DNA of 33,134 nt from Acutalibacteraceae bacterium (GCA_045611905.1 JAZKYB010000214.1:1-33134); one strand, 5' to 3'; shown: positions 24,609 through 33,134, numbered from the stretch's first letter. Numbers and translations: made by a program. The notes: generated by a model not told the origin, from the letters alone.

Positions 24609-25094
24609 TTATCTTGTCTTTTCGTTAATAATACGTTTTATAAAATTAACACCCTTGGTTTTTAAAAGGCGAAATGGGTATAAAAACCGCCAAAGCTTAA
24701 CATAACAAAGATATAAAAAGTCATTTTTGTCAAATTCTTTTCCTTTGCGCTGAAAGGCGGTTGCAACGGCAATTATCTGCTTATCGGTTATGCCTTTTTC
24801 AACATAAACCTGTGCATCGCCAAGCATAATGTATTCGCCATTTTTTACCTTAAAAATGCGGTGCAAAACATAAGTACCATTATCCCTTAAATATAAAACC
24901 ACGTCATCTTTTTTTAACTTTTGGGTTATGGGGGAAAGCACGGCCTTGTCACGCTTATCTTTTAAAAATGGGTGCATGCTGTTGCCGGTAATGGTTATGA
25001 TAACCTGTTTTTCCTTGGAAATAAAATCAATAATTAAGGGGCCTATTTCCTGCATTGAAAACGGCAACGCTTCATATTTTTTGTTTATTCGCAT
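24609..25094 (-). CDS. S24/S26-family serine peptidase, SipW/ER-type (Ser/His) signature, with no obvious N-terminal membrane anchor
   Basis: ITGNSMHPFL is the G-x-S-M-x-P nucleophile box. It is followed by DDVVLYL...YVLHRIFKV...MLGDAQ, where H-R-I stands in the position of the K-R-V general-base box, as in SipW/Sec11-type enzymes. It overlaps the PqqD gene by 10 nt. Confidence 0.55.
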   Translation of the reverse strand: MRINKKYEALPFSMQEIGPLIIDFISKEKQVIITITGNSMHPFLKDKRDKAVLSPITQKLKKDDVVLYLRDNGTYVLHRIFKVKNGEYIMLGDAQVYVEKGITDKQIIAVATAFQRKGKEFDKNDFLYLCYVKLWRFLYPFRLLKTKGVNFIKRIINEKTR

Positions 25095-25351
25095 AAAAAA
25101 TCTTTTTCCCTTAAATTTTGTAAAAATGCATCAATGTCGGAAAGAGCACTTTCTTCATCGGTTTCATATTCGTTTAAAACCGCATTTAAAAGTGTTTGCT
25201 TGTCGGTATCGTTTTGCATTAAATCCCACAAAAATGCGGCTGTTTCGTTAAGCACAATAACACCCGAAAAATCAACAGCGTTCATACCAACGGGAATAGC
25301 AACAATTTTATCTGCAATTTCGGTTTTTATAAATCCGTCTTTAATTTTCAT
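25085..25351 (-). CDS. PqqD-family protein (RiPP recognition element-type peptide chaperone)
   Basis: 88 aa. VAIPVG...VIVLNETAAFLWDLMQNDTDKQTLLNAVLNEYETDEESALSDIDAFLQNLREKDFL matches the PqqD winged-helix pattern. AAGGAGAA lies 7 nt upstream. There is an ATGA overlap with the upstream gene. Confidence 0.75.
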   Translation of the reverse strand: MKIKDGFIKTEIADKIVAIPVGMNAVDFSGVIVLNETAAFLWDLMQNDTDKQTLLNAVLNEYETDEESALSDIDAFLQNLREKDFLCE

Positions 25352-26229
25352 AAAAGTTCTCCTTTAAAAATACCGTTATATGAAACTTCAACCGCACTAT
25401 CGCTTATGTCACATTTAAGGTCATAAAATGGGGTGTTAATATTATAAAGCGTTTTAATAAAATCCACCGTTTTGGCACCAATGGTGTTATCATAAAACGG
25501 GTTTGGAAGTTGGCGTGAAAGATTTAAAACCGCATTTAAAACATTGGTTTTTGAAATTTCGTTTTGCTCGCCCCGATTTAAAAACACAACGGCTGTTAAT
25601 GGGCATTTAACATTGTTGTTAAGATGGGTTTTACCGCTCCACGGGGTGCCATAAACAAACGGCTTTCCGTTTTCAATTTTTATGGCGGGCTTATCGTCGT
25701 TTATAATCATAACCCTGTCGCCAAAGCGCTTTTGCCACAAACTTGTGTGGGTAGATTTGCCCGTGCCCGAATCGGCCGAAAAAATAACGGCTTGGTTATC
25801 AATTGCAATGCTTGAGCCATGAAGCACAGTACCCCCAAGTACGGTAAGTCGGTTTGCAAACATAAAGCCGGTGTACATATATTCGTAATTAGTGGGGCCA
25901 AGGCCGTTAATATTAAGAGTTTTTAAAATTTTTATATTAACATCGCTATAATCGGCGGTGTATGTAATCATAAAAACAATTTCGTTTGATGTTGCGGGTT
26001 TTAAATATCGGCAAAAACGACCATCAGGCAGTTTTAAAAGCCAAACCTTGTTTTGTTGAAAGCAAACTTCGCCCTGTGGTGCGGTTATGCTGTCAACCAC
26101 TTCGGTTTCTATTTTTAAATCGGGATTTTCTGTAAATTCACATTCATAATTTTTAAAGCGTGATGAAAAAAATGCTTCATCAGCGCTTTTTATATTTATA
26201 TATAAACCTGCAACACAAATTGTACGCAT
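25348..26229 (-). CDS. HPr-kinase-C-terminal-domain-like P-loop kinase with an uncharacterised N-terminal domain
   Basis: LHGSSIAIDNQAVIFSADSGTGKSTHTSLW parallels the HprK block HG-x-x-V-x-x-x-G-x-G-V-L-I-x-G-D-S-G-I-G-K-S-E-T. Residues 1 to about 135 have no pattern I recognise. First gene of the operon. Confidence 0.65.
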   Translation of the reverse strand: MRTICVAGLYINIKSADEAFFSSRFKNYECEFTENPDLKIETEVVDSITAPQGEVCFQQNKVWLLKLPDGRFCRYLKPATSNEIVFMITYTADYSDVNIKILKTLNINGLGPTNYEYMYTGFMFANRLTVLGGTVLHGSSIAIDNQAVIFSADSGTGKSTHTSLWQKRFGDRVMIINDDKPAIKIENGKPFVYGTPWSGKTHLNNNVKCPLTAVVFLNRGEQNEISKTNVLNAVLNLSRQLPNPFYDNTIGAKTVDFIKTLYNINTPFYDLKCDISDSAVEVSYNGIFKGELL

Positions 26230-26253
26230 TTTTTCTCACGCCCCTTTTTAAAA

Positions 26254-26282
26254 AGTATATCACAGCTTTGTTTTTAGTGCAA
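26254..26282 (-). promoter_or_regulatory. Candidate sigma-A promoter (extended -10) of the kinase/PqqD/peptidase/permease operon
   Basis: The minus strand reads TTGCAC (26277-26282), a 17-nt spacer ending in TGA, then TATACT (26254-26259). ATG 26229 lies about 25 nt downstream. Confidence 0.5.
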
Positions 26283-26290
26283 CCAATAAT

Positions 26291-26323
26291 TAAAAAAGCG
26301 ATATAGCATTTGCTATATCGCTT
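26291..26323 (-). terminator. Rho-independent terminator after the S1-domain gene
   Basis: AAGCGATATAGCA-TT-TGCTATATCGCTT (26296-26323) forms a 13-bp stem. On the minus strand it is followed by a TTTTAATTATT tail, the two preceding T residues being part of the stem. It isolates the downstream operon transcriptionally. Confidence 0.75.
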
Positions 26324-26327
26324 AAAT

Positions 26328-27254
26328 TTAACCGCAAAACTTGGTTGTAATTTGCTTTCGGCAGTCCTTTGGGGAATATTCCCATTCGGTGATAACTTCG
26401 TCGGTGTTATAATATTTAATTTTAGGAATATAATTTGATTCAAAGTTATCAATAATTATAAGTTTAATTTTCATTTTGTCTTTTAAAATGCTTTTAATAA
26501 AAACGCTTGCTTGCTGGCCGACCTTTACATTATCTCGGGGTTCGGCAAGACCTGCAAGGTTTGGGGTTATTTCCACAAAAATGCCGTAATCTTCAACACT
26601 TCTGATTACACCCGTAACGGTTTGCCCCGGTGTAAATTCACGGGCGTTTTCTTCCCAAGTGCCTAAAAGTTCTTTGTGGGAAAGGGTGATTTTGCCGTCT
26701 TCTGCAATGCTTTTTATTACGGCTTTTATCTTATCACCCACACAAAAACGGTCTTTGGGGTGGGAAATTCGTGAAACCGAAATGGCATCTATCGGCAGCA
26801 GTGCAATGTTGCCGCATCCAATGTCACAAAACGCACCAAAACTTTCAAGGTGTGTTACAACTGTGTCAATTACTTGCCCAATTTTATATTCGCTTTCTAT
26901 ATAGCTTTTGCAAAGTGTTTGTGCCTTTTTTCGTGAAAGCAGGGCATATAATTCGCCGTCTTCGTCGCTTTTAATTTCGGTTATAATAAAGCAAACAGGT
27001 TTGCCAACTCGGGATATAAGTGCAATATCTCGCGTTGCGCCACTTTCAATTCCTATTGCGCCCTCTCGCCTTGGAATAACACCCTTCATACAGCCCAAAT
27101 TAACAATAAGGTTATGGTCGGTGTCGCACATAATAACGGGTGCTTCTAAAACCACTCCTCTTATTTGGGCATCTAAAAGGGTTGCGGGGGAAAGCATGTG
27201 CCTTTTGTTTTCCTGTGTGTTGTAAAGTTTACCTTCGGGGTAAAATCCGTTCAT
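26328..27254 (-). CDS. S1 RNA-binding domain protein (short ribosomal-protein-S1-like, about 3 S1 repeats)
   Basis: Repeated OB-fold S1 blocks: GQVIDTVVTHLESFGAFCDIG...ALLPIDAIS and GQTVTGVIRSVEDYGIFVEITPNLAGLAE. Confidence 0.75.
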   Translation of the reverse strand: MNGFYPEGKLYNTQENKRHMLSPATLLDAQIRGVVLEAPVIMCDTDHNLIVNLGCMKGVIPRREGAIGIESGATRDIALISRVGKPVCFIITEIKSDEDGELYALLSRKKAQTLCKSYIESEYKIGQVIDTVVTHLESFGAFCDIGCGNIALLPIDAISVSRISHPKDRFCVGDKIKAVIKSIAEDGKITLSHKELLGTWEENAREFTPGQTVTGVIRSVEDYGIFVEITPNLAGLAEPRDNVKVGQQASVFIKSILKDKMKIKLIIIDNFESNYIPKIKYYNTDEVITEWEYSPKDCRKQITTKFCG

Positions 27255-27340
27255 TTAAATATCACCTTTCTTTTAAGCTCATTTAATAAAATTATATTAA
27301 AAGGCAAATGAAAAAATGATAGAAAAATGTCCGTTAATTT

Positions 27341-27385
27341 AAAAATAATAAAAAAACACGAAAACAACAACGCTTTCGTGTTTTT
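27341..27385 (-). terminator. Rho-independent terminator of the pyr operon
   Basis: ACACGAAA (27356-27363) pairs with TTTCGTGT (27374-27381). On the minus strand it is followed by TTTTTTATTATTTTT. Confidence 0.65.
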
Positions 27386-27390
27386 AAATA

Positions 27391-27807
27391 TTATTTTGCT
27401 TTGCTTTCGCAATAAATGCAACGATAAATTCTGTTTTCTTTATCGGTTAATTTGAATATTTGCGGAAGTTCTTGTTCAGTTGTGGTAATACAACGTGGGT
27501 TTTTGCAAGAAATTACATTTTCAAGTTTTTCAGGCAATGCAATGCGTTTTTTCTCAACAATGTTGCCGTCTTTAATAACATTTACGGTAATGCCGGGGTC
27601 AATATATCCCAAAATATCGGTATTAACTTCAATGTCGGCATCAATTTTAATGATGTCCTTTTTGCCCAAAAGTTTGCTTGGTGCATTTTTAATAAATGCA
27701 ACCGAACAATCAAGTTCGTCAAGCTTTAAAAGAGAATAAATTTTCATGCCAAGACCTGCGGTAATATGGTCGATTACAATTCCGTTTTTAATGGTATCAA
27801 CTGTCAT
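27391..27807 (-). CDS. pyrI: Aspartate carbamoyltransferase regulatory subunit
   Basis: IKNGIVIDHI...IIKI...CKNPRCITTTE...YRCIYCE contains the Zn-binding 4-Cys domain of PyrI. 138 aa. The start abuts the pyrB stop. Confidence 0.9.
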   Translation of the reverse strand: MTVDTIKNGIVIDHITAGLGMKIYSLLKLDELDCSVAFIKNAPSKLLGKKDIIKIDADIEVNTDILGYIDPGITVNVIKDGNIVEKKRIALPEKLENVISCKNPRCITTTEQELPQIFKLTDKENRIYRCIYCESKAK

Positions 27808-28719
27808 TTATTCCACCTCCAAAAGCATTAAGATAAGTGCCATTCGCATATATTTGCCGTTTAATACTTGTTTAAAATAACAAGCGCGTGGGTCGTTATC
27901 AACCGCAACGCTGATTTCGTTCACACGGGGTAGTGGGTGAAGAACTGCCATTTTTTCTTTGGCAAGTTGCATTTTTTCAGGGGTTAAAATGTAACTGTCA
28001 CGAAGGCGTAAATATTCTTCTTCATTAAAGAAGCGTTCACCCTGAACACGTGTCATATAAAGTATGTCAAGTTCCCCCATAACCGATTCTAAATCAGTGG
28101 TTTCTACAATTTCGAAATTATCCTTTTTAAGTGATTCCTTAACATAGGTTGGCAGTTTTAATTCGTTTGGTGAAATAAGCACAAATTTTATGTTTTCATA
28201 ACGGCGAAGCGCAGTTATAAGCGAATGCACGGTGCGGCCAAACTTTAAGTCACCGCAAAAACCGACGGTTAGGTTGTCAAGGCGGCCCATTTCACGCTTA
28301 ATTGTAAGTAGGTCGGCCAAGGTTTGTGTGGGGTGGTTGTGACCACCGTCACCTGCGTTAATTACAGGTATGCTTGCATTCATTGAAGCAACAAGCGGCG
28401 CACCTTCTTTTGGGTGGCGCATTGCAATAATATCGGCATAGCAAGAAACAACCTTTGCAGTATCGGCAACACTTTCACCCTTTGAAGCTGAACTGCTTTT
28501 TGCTTCAGAAAAACCAAGCACATTGCCGCCAAGTTCGTACATAGCGGCTTCAAAGCTTAAGCGTGTGCGGGTTGATGGTTCAAAAAACAAGGTTGCAAGT
28601 TTTTTGCCTTGGCATTTGTGTGCATATTTTGCGGGATTTTCAATAATGTCAGTTGCGGTGTCAAGTAATTTGTCAATTTCCTTGATAGAAAGTTCTGCAA
28701 TATCAATCAAACTTCTCAT
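27808..28719 (-). CDS. pyrB: Aspartate carbamoyltransferase catalytic subunit
   Basis: [13 protein letters not shown]...HPTQ...HPLPR are the canonical ATCase/OTCase carbamoyl-phosphate and aspartate binding motifs. Confidence 0.93.
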   Translation of the reverse strand: MRSLIDIAELSIKEIDKLLDTATDIIENPAKYAHKCQGKKLATLFFEPSTRTRLSFEAAMYELGGNVLGFSEAKSSSASKGESVADTAKVVSCYADIIAMRHPKEGAPLVASMNASIPVINAGDGGHNHPTQTLADLLTIKREMGRLDNLTVGFCGDLKFGRTVHSLITALRRYENIKFVLISPNELKLPTYVKESLKKDNFEIVETTDLESVMGELDILYMTRVQGERFFNEEEYLRLRDSYILTPEKMQLAKEKMAVLHPLPRVNEISVAVDNDPRACYFKQVLNGKYMRMALILMLLEVE

Positions 28720-28724
28720 TTTAA

Positions 28725-29378
28725 TTATTCCTTTGCACCATTAATAGCGAGATAATTTTTAATTCTTTCAACATTTTCGGCGTTCTTTTCGTCTTCTTCT
28801 AAATATTCAATAATGTCATAAACATCAACAACTGAATATACGGGGAAGCCAAATTCTTCGCCAACTTCTGCCATTGCAGATTTTTCGGTTTTGCCTTTTT
28901 CTTTGCGGTCAACCATTACAAAAACGGCTGCCACTTTACTGTCTTTAACTGAAGATAAAATTTCCATACTTTCTCTAATAGCGGTACCTGCGGTGATAAC
29001 ATCTTCAACAATTACAATGTCTTCACCTTGGGGCTTATAGCCAACGAAAACACCGCCTTCGCCGTGGTCTTTTTCTTCCTTGCGGTTAAAGAAAAACGGA
29101 ACATCAAGACCTTCTTTTGACAATGCACAAGCAACCGAAACAGCAATTGGAATACCTTTATAAGCGGGGCCGTAAAGCACGGTTTTACGGTTTCCAACCT
29201 TTTCAAAATATGCTTTGGCATAAAATTCACCAAGCTTTGAAATTTGGTCGCCTGTTTTAATGTCGCCCGCATTTATAAAATAAGGGATTTTTCTGCCTGA
29301 TTTAGCGGTAAAATCGCCAAACTTTAAAACGCCTGCGCTTTCTAAAAACTGTATAAACTCTCTTTTATAACCTTCCAT
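28725..29378 (-). CDS. pyrE: Orotate phosphoribosyltransferase
   Basis: [21 protein letters not shown]...[14 protein letters not shown] contains the PRPP-binding motif. Confidence 0.9.
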   Translation of the reverse strand: MEGYKREFIQFLESAGVLKFGDFTAKSGRKIPYFINAGDIKTGDQISKLGEFYAKAYFEKVGNRKTVLYGPAYKGIPIAVSVACALSKEGLDVPFFFNRKEEKDHGEGGVFVGYKPQGEDIVIVEDVITAGTAIRESMEILSSVKDSKVAAVFVMVDRKEKGKTEKSAMAEVGEEFGFPVYSVVDVYDIIEYLEEDEKNAENVERIKNYLAINGAKE

Positions 29379-29406
29379 TTTTCTTCTCCTTTATATTTTT
29401 AAAAAA

Positions 29407-30105
29407 CTAACCAATAAATTCTGCACAGCATCTTTCGTATGCTGCAACAGGGTCTTCTGCGGCGGTAATTGGACGACCCACAACTATGTAATCGCTGCCG
29501 ATTTCTTTTGCGGCGGCGGGGGTCATAACACGTTTTTGGTCGCCAATGTCACCATCAGCAAAGCGAACACCTGGGGTAACTGTTACAAAACCGCTACCGC
29601 AACGGTCGTGCACCTTGCCTGCTTCAAGTGGTGAACAAACAACACCGTCAAGCCCTGCTTTTGCAGCATTTGCGGCATAGTGCATTACAACTTCATCAAT
29701 GGGTTGTTTAATTAAAAGGTCGTTTTCCATGCTTTCTTGATCGGTTGATGTTAACTGTGTAACCGCAATAAGCATTGGTCTTGTGCCGTCGGGACGTGTT
29801 AAACCTTCTAAAGCGGCCTGCATCATATTAACTGTGCCGGCTGCATGAAGGTTTGTCATATCAACATCAAGGCGAGATAAAACCGCCATTGATTTTTTAA
29901 CTGTGTTTGGAATATCGTGAAGTTTTAAATCTAAAAAGATTTTGTGACCACGGGCTTTAATTTCGCGCACAATTTCGGGACCTTCGGCATAGAAAAGTTC
30001 CATACCAATTTTAACAAATGGCTTTTTTCCTGTAAATTTATCTAAAAATGTTAAAACCTGTTCCTTGCTTGCAAAATCGCAAGCGATAATTACGTCCTTG
30101 CCCAT
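29407..30105 (-). CDS. pyrF: Orotidine 5'-phosphate decarboxylase
   Basis: IIACDF...FVKIGMELF...[14 protein letters not shown]...IVVGRPI are the conserved OMPdecase D-x-K-x-x-D and C-terminal motifs. Confidence 0.92.
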   Translation of the reverse strand: MGKDVIIACDFASKEQVLTFLDKFTGKKPFVKIGMELFYAEGPEIVREIKARGHKIFLDLKLHDIPNTVKKSMAVLSRLDVDMTNLHAAGTVNMMQAALEGLTRPDGTRPMLIAVTQLTSTDQESMENDLLIKQPIDEVVMHYAANAAKAGLDGVVCSPLEAGKVHDRCGSGFVTVTPGVRFADGDIGDQKRVMTPAAAKEIGSDYIVVGRPITAAEDPVAAYERCCAEFIG

Positions 30106-31016
30106 TAGTGTGCTCCTCCTATAATATCTTTTAAGTCGTTTATTTTATATTGTTCCATTGTTTTTGGTAACATATTTATAATGTCACGGCAAGCATAGGG
30201 GTTAACAAGGTTTGCCGCACCAACTTGCACAGCGGTTGCACCTGCAAGCATCATTTCAATTACATCTTCGGCAGTCTGAACGCCGCCCATACCGATTATC
30301 GGAATTTTTACCGCATCATAAACCTGATAAACCATGCGAAGTGCAACGGGTTTAATTGCAGGACCTGAAAAACCACCCATTTTGTTTGCTAAAATTGGTT
30401 TTTTGGTTTTTAAATCAATTCGCATACCTAAAAGTGTGTTAATAAGCGAAATACCGTCGGCGCCTTCGGCCTCGCAGGCCTTAGCAATTTCGGTAATGTC
30501 GGTAACATTTGGGGATAACTTTATGAAAACGGGTTTTGTGGTAACTTTTTTAACCGCTTTTGTCACTTCGGCAGCATTTTTTGCGCTTGTGCCAAATGCC
30601 AAACCACCACCGTGAACATTGGGGCAGGAAATATTAACTTCAAACCAACCAATTTGTTCTTCGGCGTCAAGCTTTTCGCAGGTATAGGTATAATCTTCAA
30701 TAGAAAAGCCGCTTACATTTGCCATAACCTTTTTGTTAAAGCATTCTTTAAGTTTTGGAAGTTCGTGCGATATTACCTTTTCAACACCCGGGTTTTGAAG
30801 ACCAACCGAATTAAGCATGCCGCTGTCACATTCGGCAATTCTTGGTGTGGGGTTTCCAAAACGTTCATCACGTGTGGTGCCTTTGAAAGAAAATGTGCCA
30901 AGGCGGTTAATGTCATAAAGGTCGGCAAATTCATAACCAAAACCAAAGGTGCCGCTTGCGGGGATAATGGGGTTATCAAGTTCGATACCGCATAAATTAA
31001 CCTTTGTGCTTACCAT
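30105..31016 (-). CDS. pyrD: Dihydroorotate dehydrogenase B, catalytic subunit (class 1B)
   Basis: [13 protein letters not shown]...KGTT...GNP.PR...NSVGLQNPG...NISCPNV...IIGMGGV. It is paired with pyrK. Confidence 0.92.
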   Translation of the reverse strand: MVSTKVNLCGIELDNPIIPASGTFGFGYEFADLYDINRLGTFSFKGTTRDERFGNPTPRIAECDSGMLNSVGLQNPGVEKVISHELPKLKECFNKKVMANVSGFSIEDYTYTCEKLDAEEQIGWFEVNISCPNVHGGGLAFGTSAKNAAEVTKAVKKVTTKPVFIKLSPNVTDITEIAKACEAEGADGISLINTLLGMRIDLKTKKPILANKMGGFSGPAIKPVALRMVYQVYDAVKIPIIGMGGVQTAEDVIEMMLAGATAVQVGAANLVNPYACRDIINMLPKTMEQYKINDLKDIIGGAH

Positions 31017-31741
31017 ATAATTTCCTCCCTATAAAGAACGGGACCGTCCTTGCAAATTCGCTTGTTGCCATATTTTGTTTTGCAGCTGCAACCCATACAA
31101 GCGCCAAAGCCACAGCCCATTCTTTCTTCAAAGCTGTATTGACCACTTGTTTTTGCAGTTTTTTCAATTGCTTTAAACATTGGCATTGGGCCACATGTGA
31201 AGAAATAGTCATAATCTTCGGGGAAAGCGTCGGTAACAAAACCCTTTACACCTTCGCTGCCATCAACAGTGGTAACAATAACATTAGCGCCAAGTTCTTT
31301 AAACGCTTTGTCATAAAAAATTTCGTTTTTGGTGTTAAAGCCCAAAATAACAGTGGGTTTTTTGCCCATTTTTAAAAGTTCTTTGCAAAGGTTATAAAGT
31401 GGGGGAATACCCACACCGCCACCAATTAAAAGTGGTTTTTCACAGGGCACTTCAGGGTTAAAACCGTTTCCAAGGCCAACCAACAAATCAAGCGTTTCGC
31501 CCGCCTTCATTGTTGACATTTGTTTTGTGCCGTCACCCACAACCTTATAAATTAAGGTTATGGTTTTGTCGTTATAATCACAAACGGAAATGGGTCTGCG
31601 TAAAAACTTGCCTTCAAGCTTAATGTTTACAAACTGACCGGGGGCAATAAGGGCGGAAGTGTCGCCCTCTAATACCATACTGAAAACAGTGTCAGTTAAA
31701 GCAAAGTTGTAAAGAATTTTATAAATTCCCTGTTTTACCAT
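31010..31741 (-). CDS. pyrK: Dihydroorotate dehydrogenase B electron-transfer subunit (FAD, [2Fe-2S])
   Basis: RRPISV (FAD-binding R-x-x-S) and the C-terminal cluster motif [11 protein letters not shown]...C. It overlaps pyrD by 7 nt. Confidence 0.9.
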   Translation of the reverse strand: MVKQGIYKILYNFALTDTVFSMVLEGDTSALIAPGQFVNIKLEGKFLRRPISVCDYNDKTITLIYKVVGDGTKQMSTMKAGETLDLLVGLGNGFNPEVPCEKPLLIGGGVGIPPLYNLCKELLKMGKKPTVILGFNTKNEIFYDKAFKELGANVIVTTVDGSEGVKGFVTDAFPEDYDYFFTCGPMPMFKAIEKTAKTSGQYSFEERMGCGFGACMGCSCKTKYGNKRICKDGPVLYREEIIW

Positions 31742-31753
31742 AAGTTTATCACC

Positions 31754-33134
31754 TTAAGCATCAATTGTAGAAATTGTAAGTGTTGTTTCTTCCAAAACAT
31801 CCAAAAGAACACGAACAGTGTCAAGCGCAGTAAAGATAGTTACATTATTTTCGGTTGCAAATGCACGAATTTGGTGACCATCGTTTGCTTGACCACGGGC
31901 AGCGATATCGCTTGTGTTAATTACATAAGCAATGTGACCTTGGCGAAGAGCGTCACGAATTTCGTCAGCATCTTCACTTATTTTTTTCAATACACGGGTG
32001 TTTATGCCGTTTTCTTTAAGGAATTTTGCTGTGCCGCTTGTGGCTTCAATGTTAAAGCCAAGGTTATAGAAACGGCGAACAAGTGGTAATGCTTCATCCT
32101 TGTCTTTGTCGGCAATGGTAACGAATACTGTGCCGTAATTTTGCACCTTCATACCGCTTGCTTGCAATGCCTTTGAAAGCGCGCGGTTTAATTTATCATC
32201 ATAACCAATGGCTTCACCTGTCGATTTCATTTCAGGTGAAAGGTAAGCGTCAAGACCACGAATTTTATTGAACGAGAACACAGGAACTTTTACATACCAA
32301 CGGTTCTTTTCTTCGGGATAAAGGTCAAAAATGCCTTGTTCTTTCAAGGTTTTGCCTAAAATAACTTCGGTTGCAATGTCAGCAAGTGAATAACCTGTTG
32401 ACTTTGAAAGGAATGGCACAGTACGAGAAGAACGTGGATTAACTTCGATAATGTAAACATTTTCGTTTTCATCAACGATAAACTGAATGTTGTAAAGACC
32501 CACAATGCCAATGCCGAGACCCAATTTTTTAGCATATTGCAAAATTGTGCCCTTAACCTTGTTAGAAATACTGAATGCGGGGTAAACGCTTATCGAGTCA
32601 CCGCTATGGATACCTGTGCGTTCAACAAGTTCCATAATACCTGGGATAAATACATCTCTGCCGTCGCAAATAGCATCAACTTCAACTTCTTTACCTTGAA
32701 TATATTTATCAACCAAAACAGGACGGTCTTCATCAATTTCAACCGCAGTTTTAAGGTATTTGCGAAGTTGTTCTTCATCGGCTACAATTTGCATTGCACG
32801 GCCACCCAATACGAAGGATGGGCGAACAAGCACGGGATAACCAATTTCAGCAGCGGCTTTTATGCCGTCTTCAATTTTTGTAACAGCCTGACCCTTTGCT
32901 CTCGGAATATTAAGCTCATTAAGAAGATTTTCAAAAGCGTTTCTATCCTCTGCTTTATCAATAGCGGCACAGTCGGTACCGATAATCTTAACACCTCTGT
33001 CGGTAAGGGGCTGTGCCAAGTTAATGGCAGTCTGACCGCCAAGAGATGCGATAACGCCTTCAGGTCTTTCAAACTCAATGATGTTCATAACATCTTCGGG
33101 AGTAAGCGGCTCGAAATAAAGCTTATCTGCCGTA
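31754..33134 (-). CDS. carB: Carbamoyl-phosphate synthase large subunit, C-terminal portion; the gene continues beyond the right edge
   Basis: The frame is open through 33134 (...TADKLYFEPLTPEDVMNIIEFERPEGVIASLGGQTAINLA...). The second ATP-grasp half and the MGS-like allosteric domain are recognisable. The track Met at 33088 is internal. Confidence 0.92.
   Translation of the reverse strand, partial: TADKLYFEPLTPEDVMNIIEFERPEGVIASLGGQTAINLAQPLTDRGVKIIGTDCAAIDKAEDRNAFENLLNELNIPRAKGQAVTKIEDGIKAAAEIGYPVLVRPSFVLGGRAMQIVADEEQLRKYLKTAVEIDEDRPVLVDKYIQGKEVEVDAICDGRDVFIPGIMELVERTGIHSGDSISVYPAFSISNKVKGTILQYAKKLGLGIGIVGLYNIQFIVDENENVYIIEVNPRSSRTVPFLSKSTGYSLADIATEVILGKTLKEQGIFDLYPEEKNRWYVKVPVFSFNKIRGLDAYLSPEMKSTGEAIGYDDKLNRALSKALQASGMKVQNYGTVFVTIADKDKDEALPLVRRFYNLGFNIEATSGTAKFLKENGINTRVLKKISEDADEIRDALRQGHIAYVINTSDIAARGQANDGHQIRAFATENNVTIFTALDTVRVLLDVLEETTLTISTIDA

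Noticed and set aside
26180-26452. 90-aa minus-strand ORF just upstream of the kinase gene, considered as a possible RiPP precursor
   Set aside because: It overlaps the 3' end of the S1-domain gene in another frame and runs through that gene's terminator and the operon promoter. It has no RBS, and it is far longer and more basic than typical precursors. No other small ORF with an RBS exists in 23392-26330 on either strand.
27255-27390. PyrR-type attenuator or riboswitch next to the pyr genes
   Set aside because: This interval is downstream of pyrI, the last gene of the operon. It contains only its terminator and the promoter region of the S1 gene. Any pyr leader would lie beyond the right edge of the window.
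1399-32778. Numerous 60-170-aa ORFs nested antisense or out of frame within the large genes (for example 4820-5272, 6904-7284, 9903-10271, 15974-16441, 22463-22906, 23614-24117, 30612-30995, 31004-31375)
   Set aside because: Each lies entirely within a well-supported gene on the other strand or frame. They lack RBSs and give low-complexity or compositionally odd translations. They are treated as shadow ORFs.
1-33134. CRISPR arrays, IS elements, prophage genes or known defence-system genes
   Set aside because: There are no regularly spaced repeats, and no transposase, integrase, recombinase, nuclease, helicase or methylase-like translations in any of the tracked ORFs. The only repeat content is the tRNA-derived fragments reported above.

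Overview
This is a 33.1 kb chromosomal segment from a low-GC Gram-positive bacterium, probably a gut-associated member of the Clostridia. The taxon is inferred from AT-rich codon use, strong GGAGG-type ribosome-binding sites (RBS), CCA-encoding tRNA genes, class 1B PyrK/PyrD and a bile-salt-hydrolase-family gene.

Layout, left to right:
1. 1-242 (-): the 5' end of an Old-Yellow-Enzyme-family flavin oxidoreductase gene.
2. About 330-870: a small tRNA island. It holds divergently transcribed tRNA-Ala(GGC) and tRNA-Gln(CTG), clean promoters and terminators, several tRNA T-arm fragments, and an odd GC-rich structured element.
3. 1051-12735 (+): a Wzx/Wzy-type surface-polysaccharide locus. Genes in order are glf, two GT2 glycosyltransferases, one GT4, a Wzy-like polymerase, a candidate ulosonic-acid transferase, wzx, a CMP-nonulosonate synthetase-like gene, a receiver-less AraC/YesN-type regulator and a NeuB/PseI-like synthase.
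4. 12741-18042 (+): a five-gene family-5 (Opp/Dpp-type) ABC importer that follows the synthase gene with only a 5-nt gap.
5. 18075-19572 (-): a bile-salt-hydrolase-family gene and bioY.
6. 19719-21850 (+): an MFS transporter paired with a glycerophosphodiester phosphodiesterase.
7. 21891-23373 (-): ppa and cysK.
8. 23496-26229 (-): a tightly coupled four-gene operon encoding an HprK-like P-loop kinase, a PqqD/RRE protein, a SipW-like peptidase and an anion permease.
9. 26328-27254 (-): an S1-domain protein.
10. 27391-33134 (-): the pyrimidine operon carB(partial)-pyrK-pyrD-pyrF-pyrE-pyrB-pyrI.

I saw no transposase, integrase, CRISPR array or rRNA.

The best candidate for an undescribed system is the kinase/RRE/peptidase/permease operon. 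It has the parts of a peptide-modification module but no precursor peptide or core cyclase in the window. Second-tier leads are the nonulosonate synthase hard-wired to an Opp-type importer under an AraC regulator, the uncharacterised HP-motif transferase candidate, and the tRNA-Ala-derived structured element.

All functional calls come from reading the translations by eye. No database search was run.
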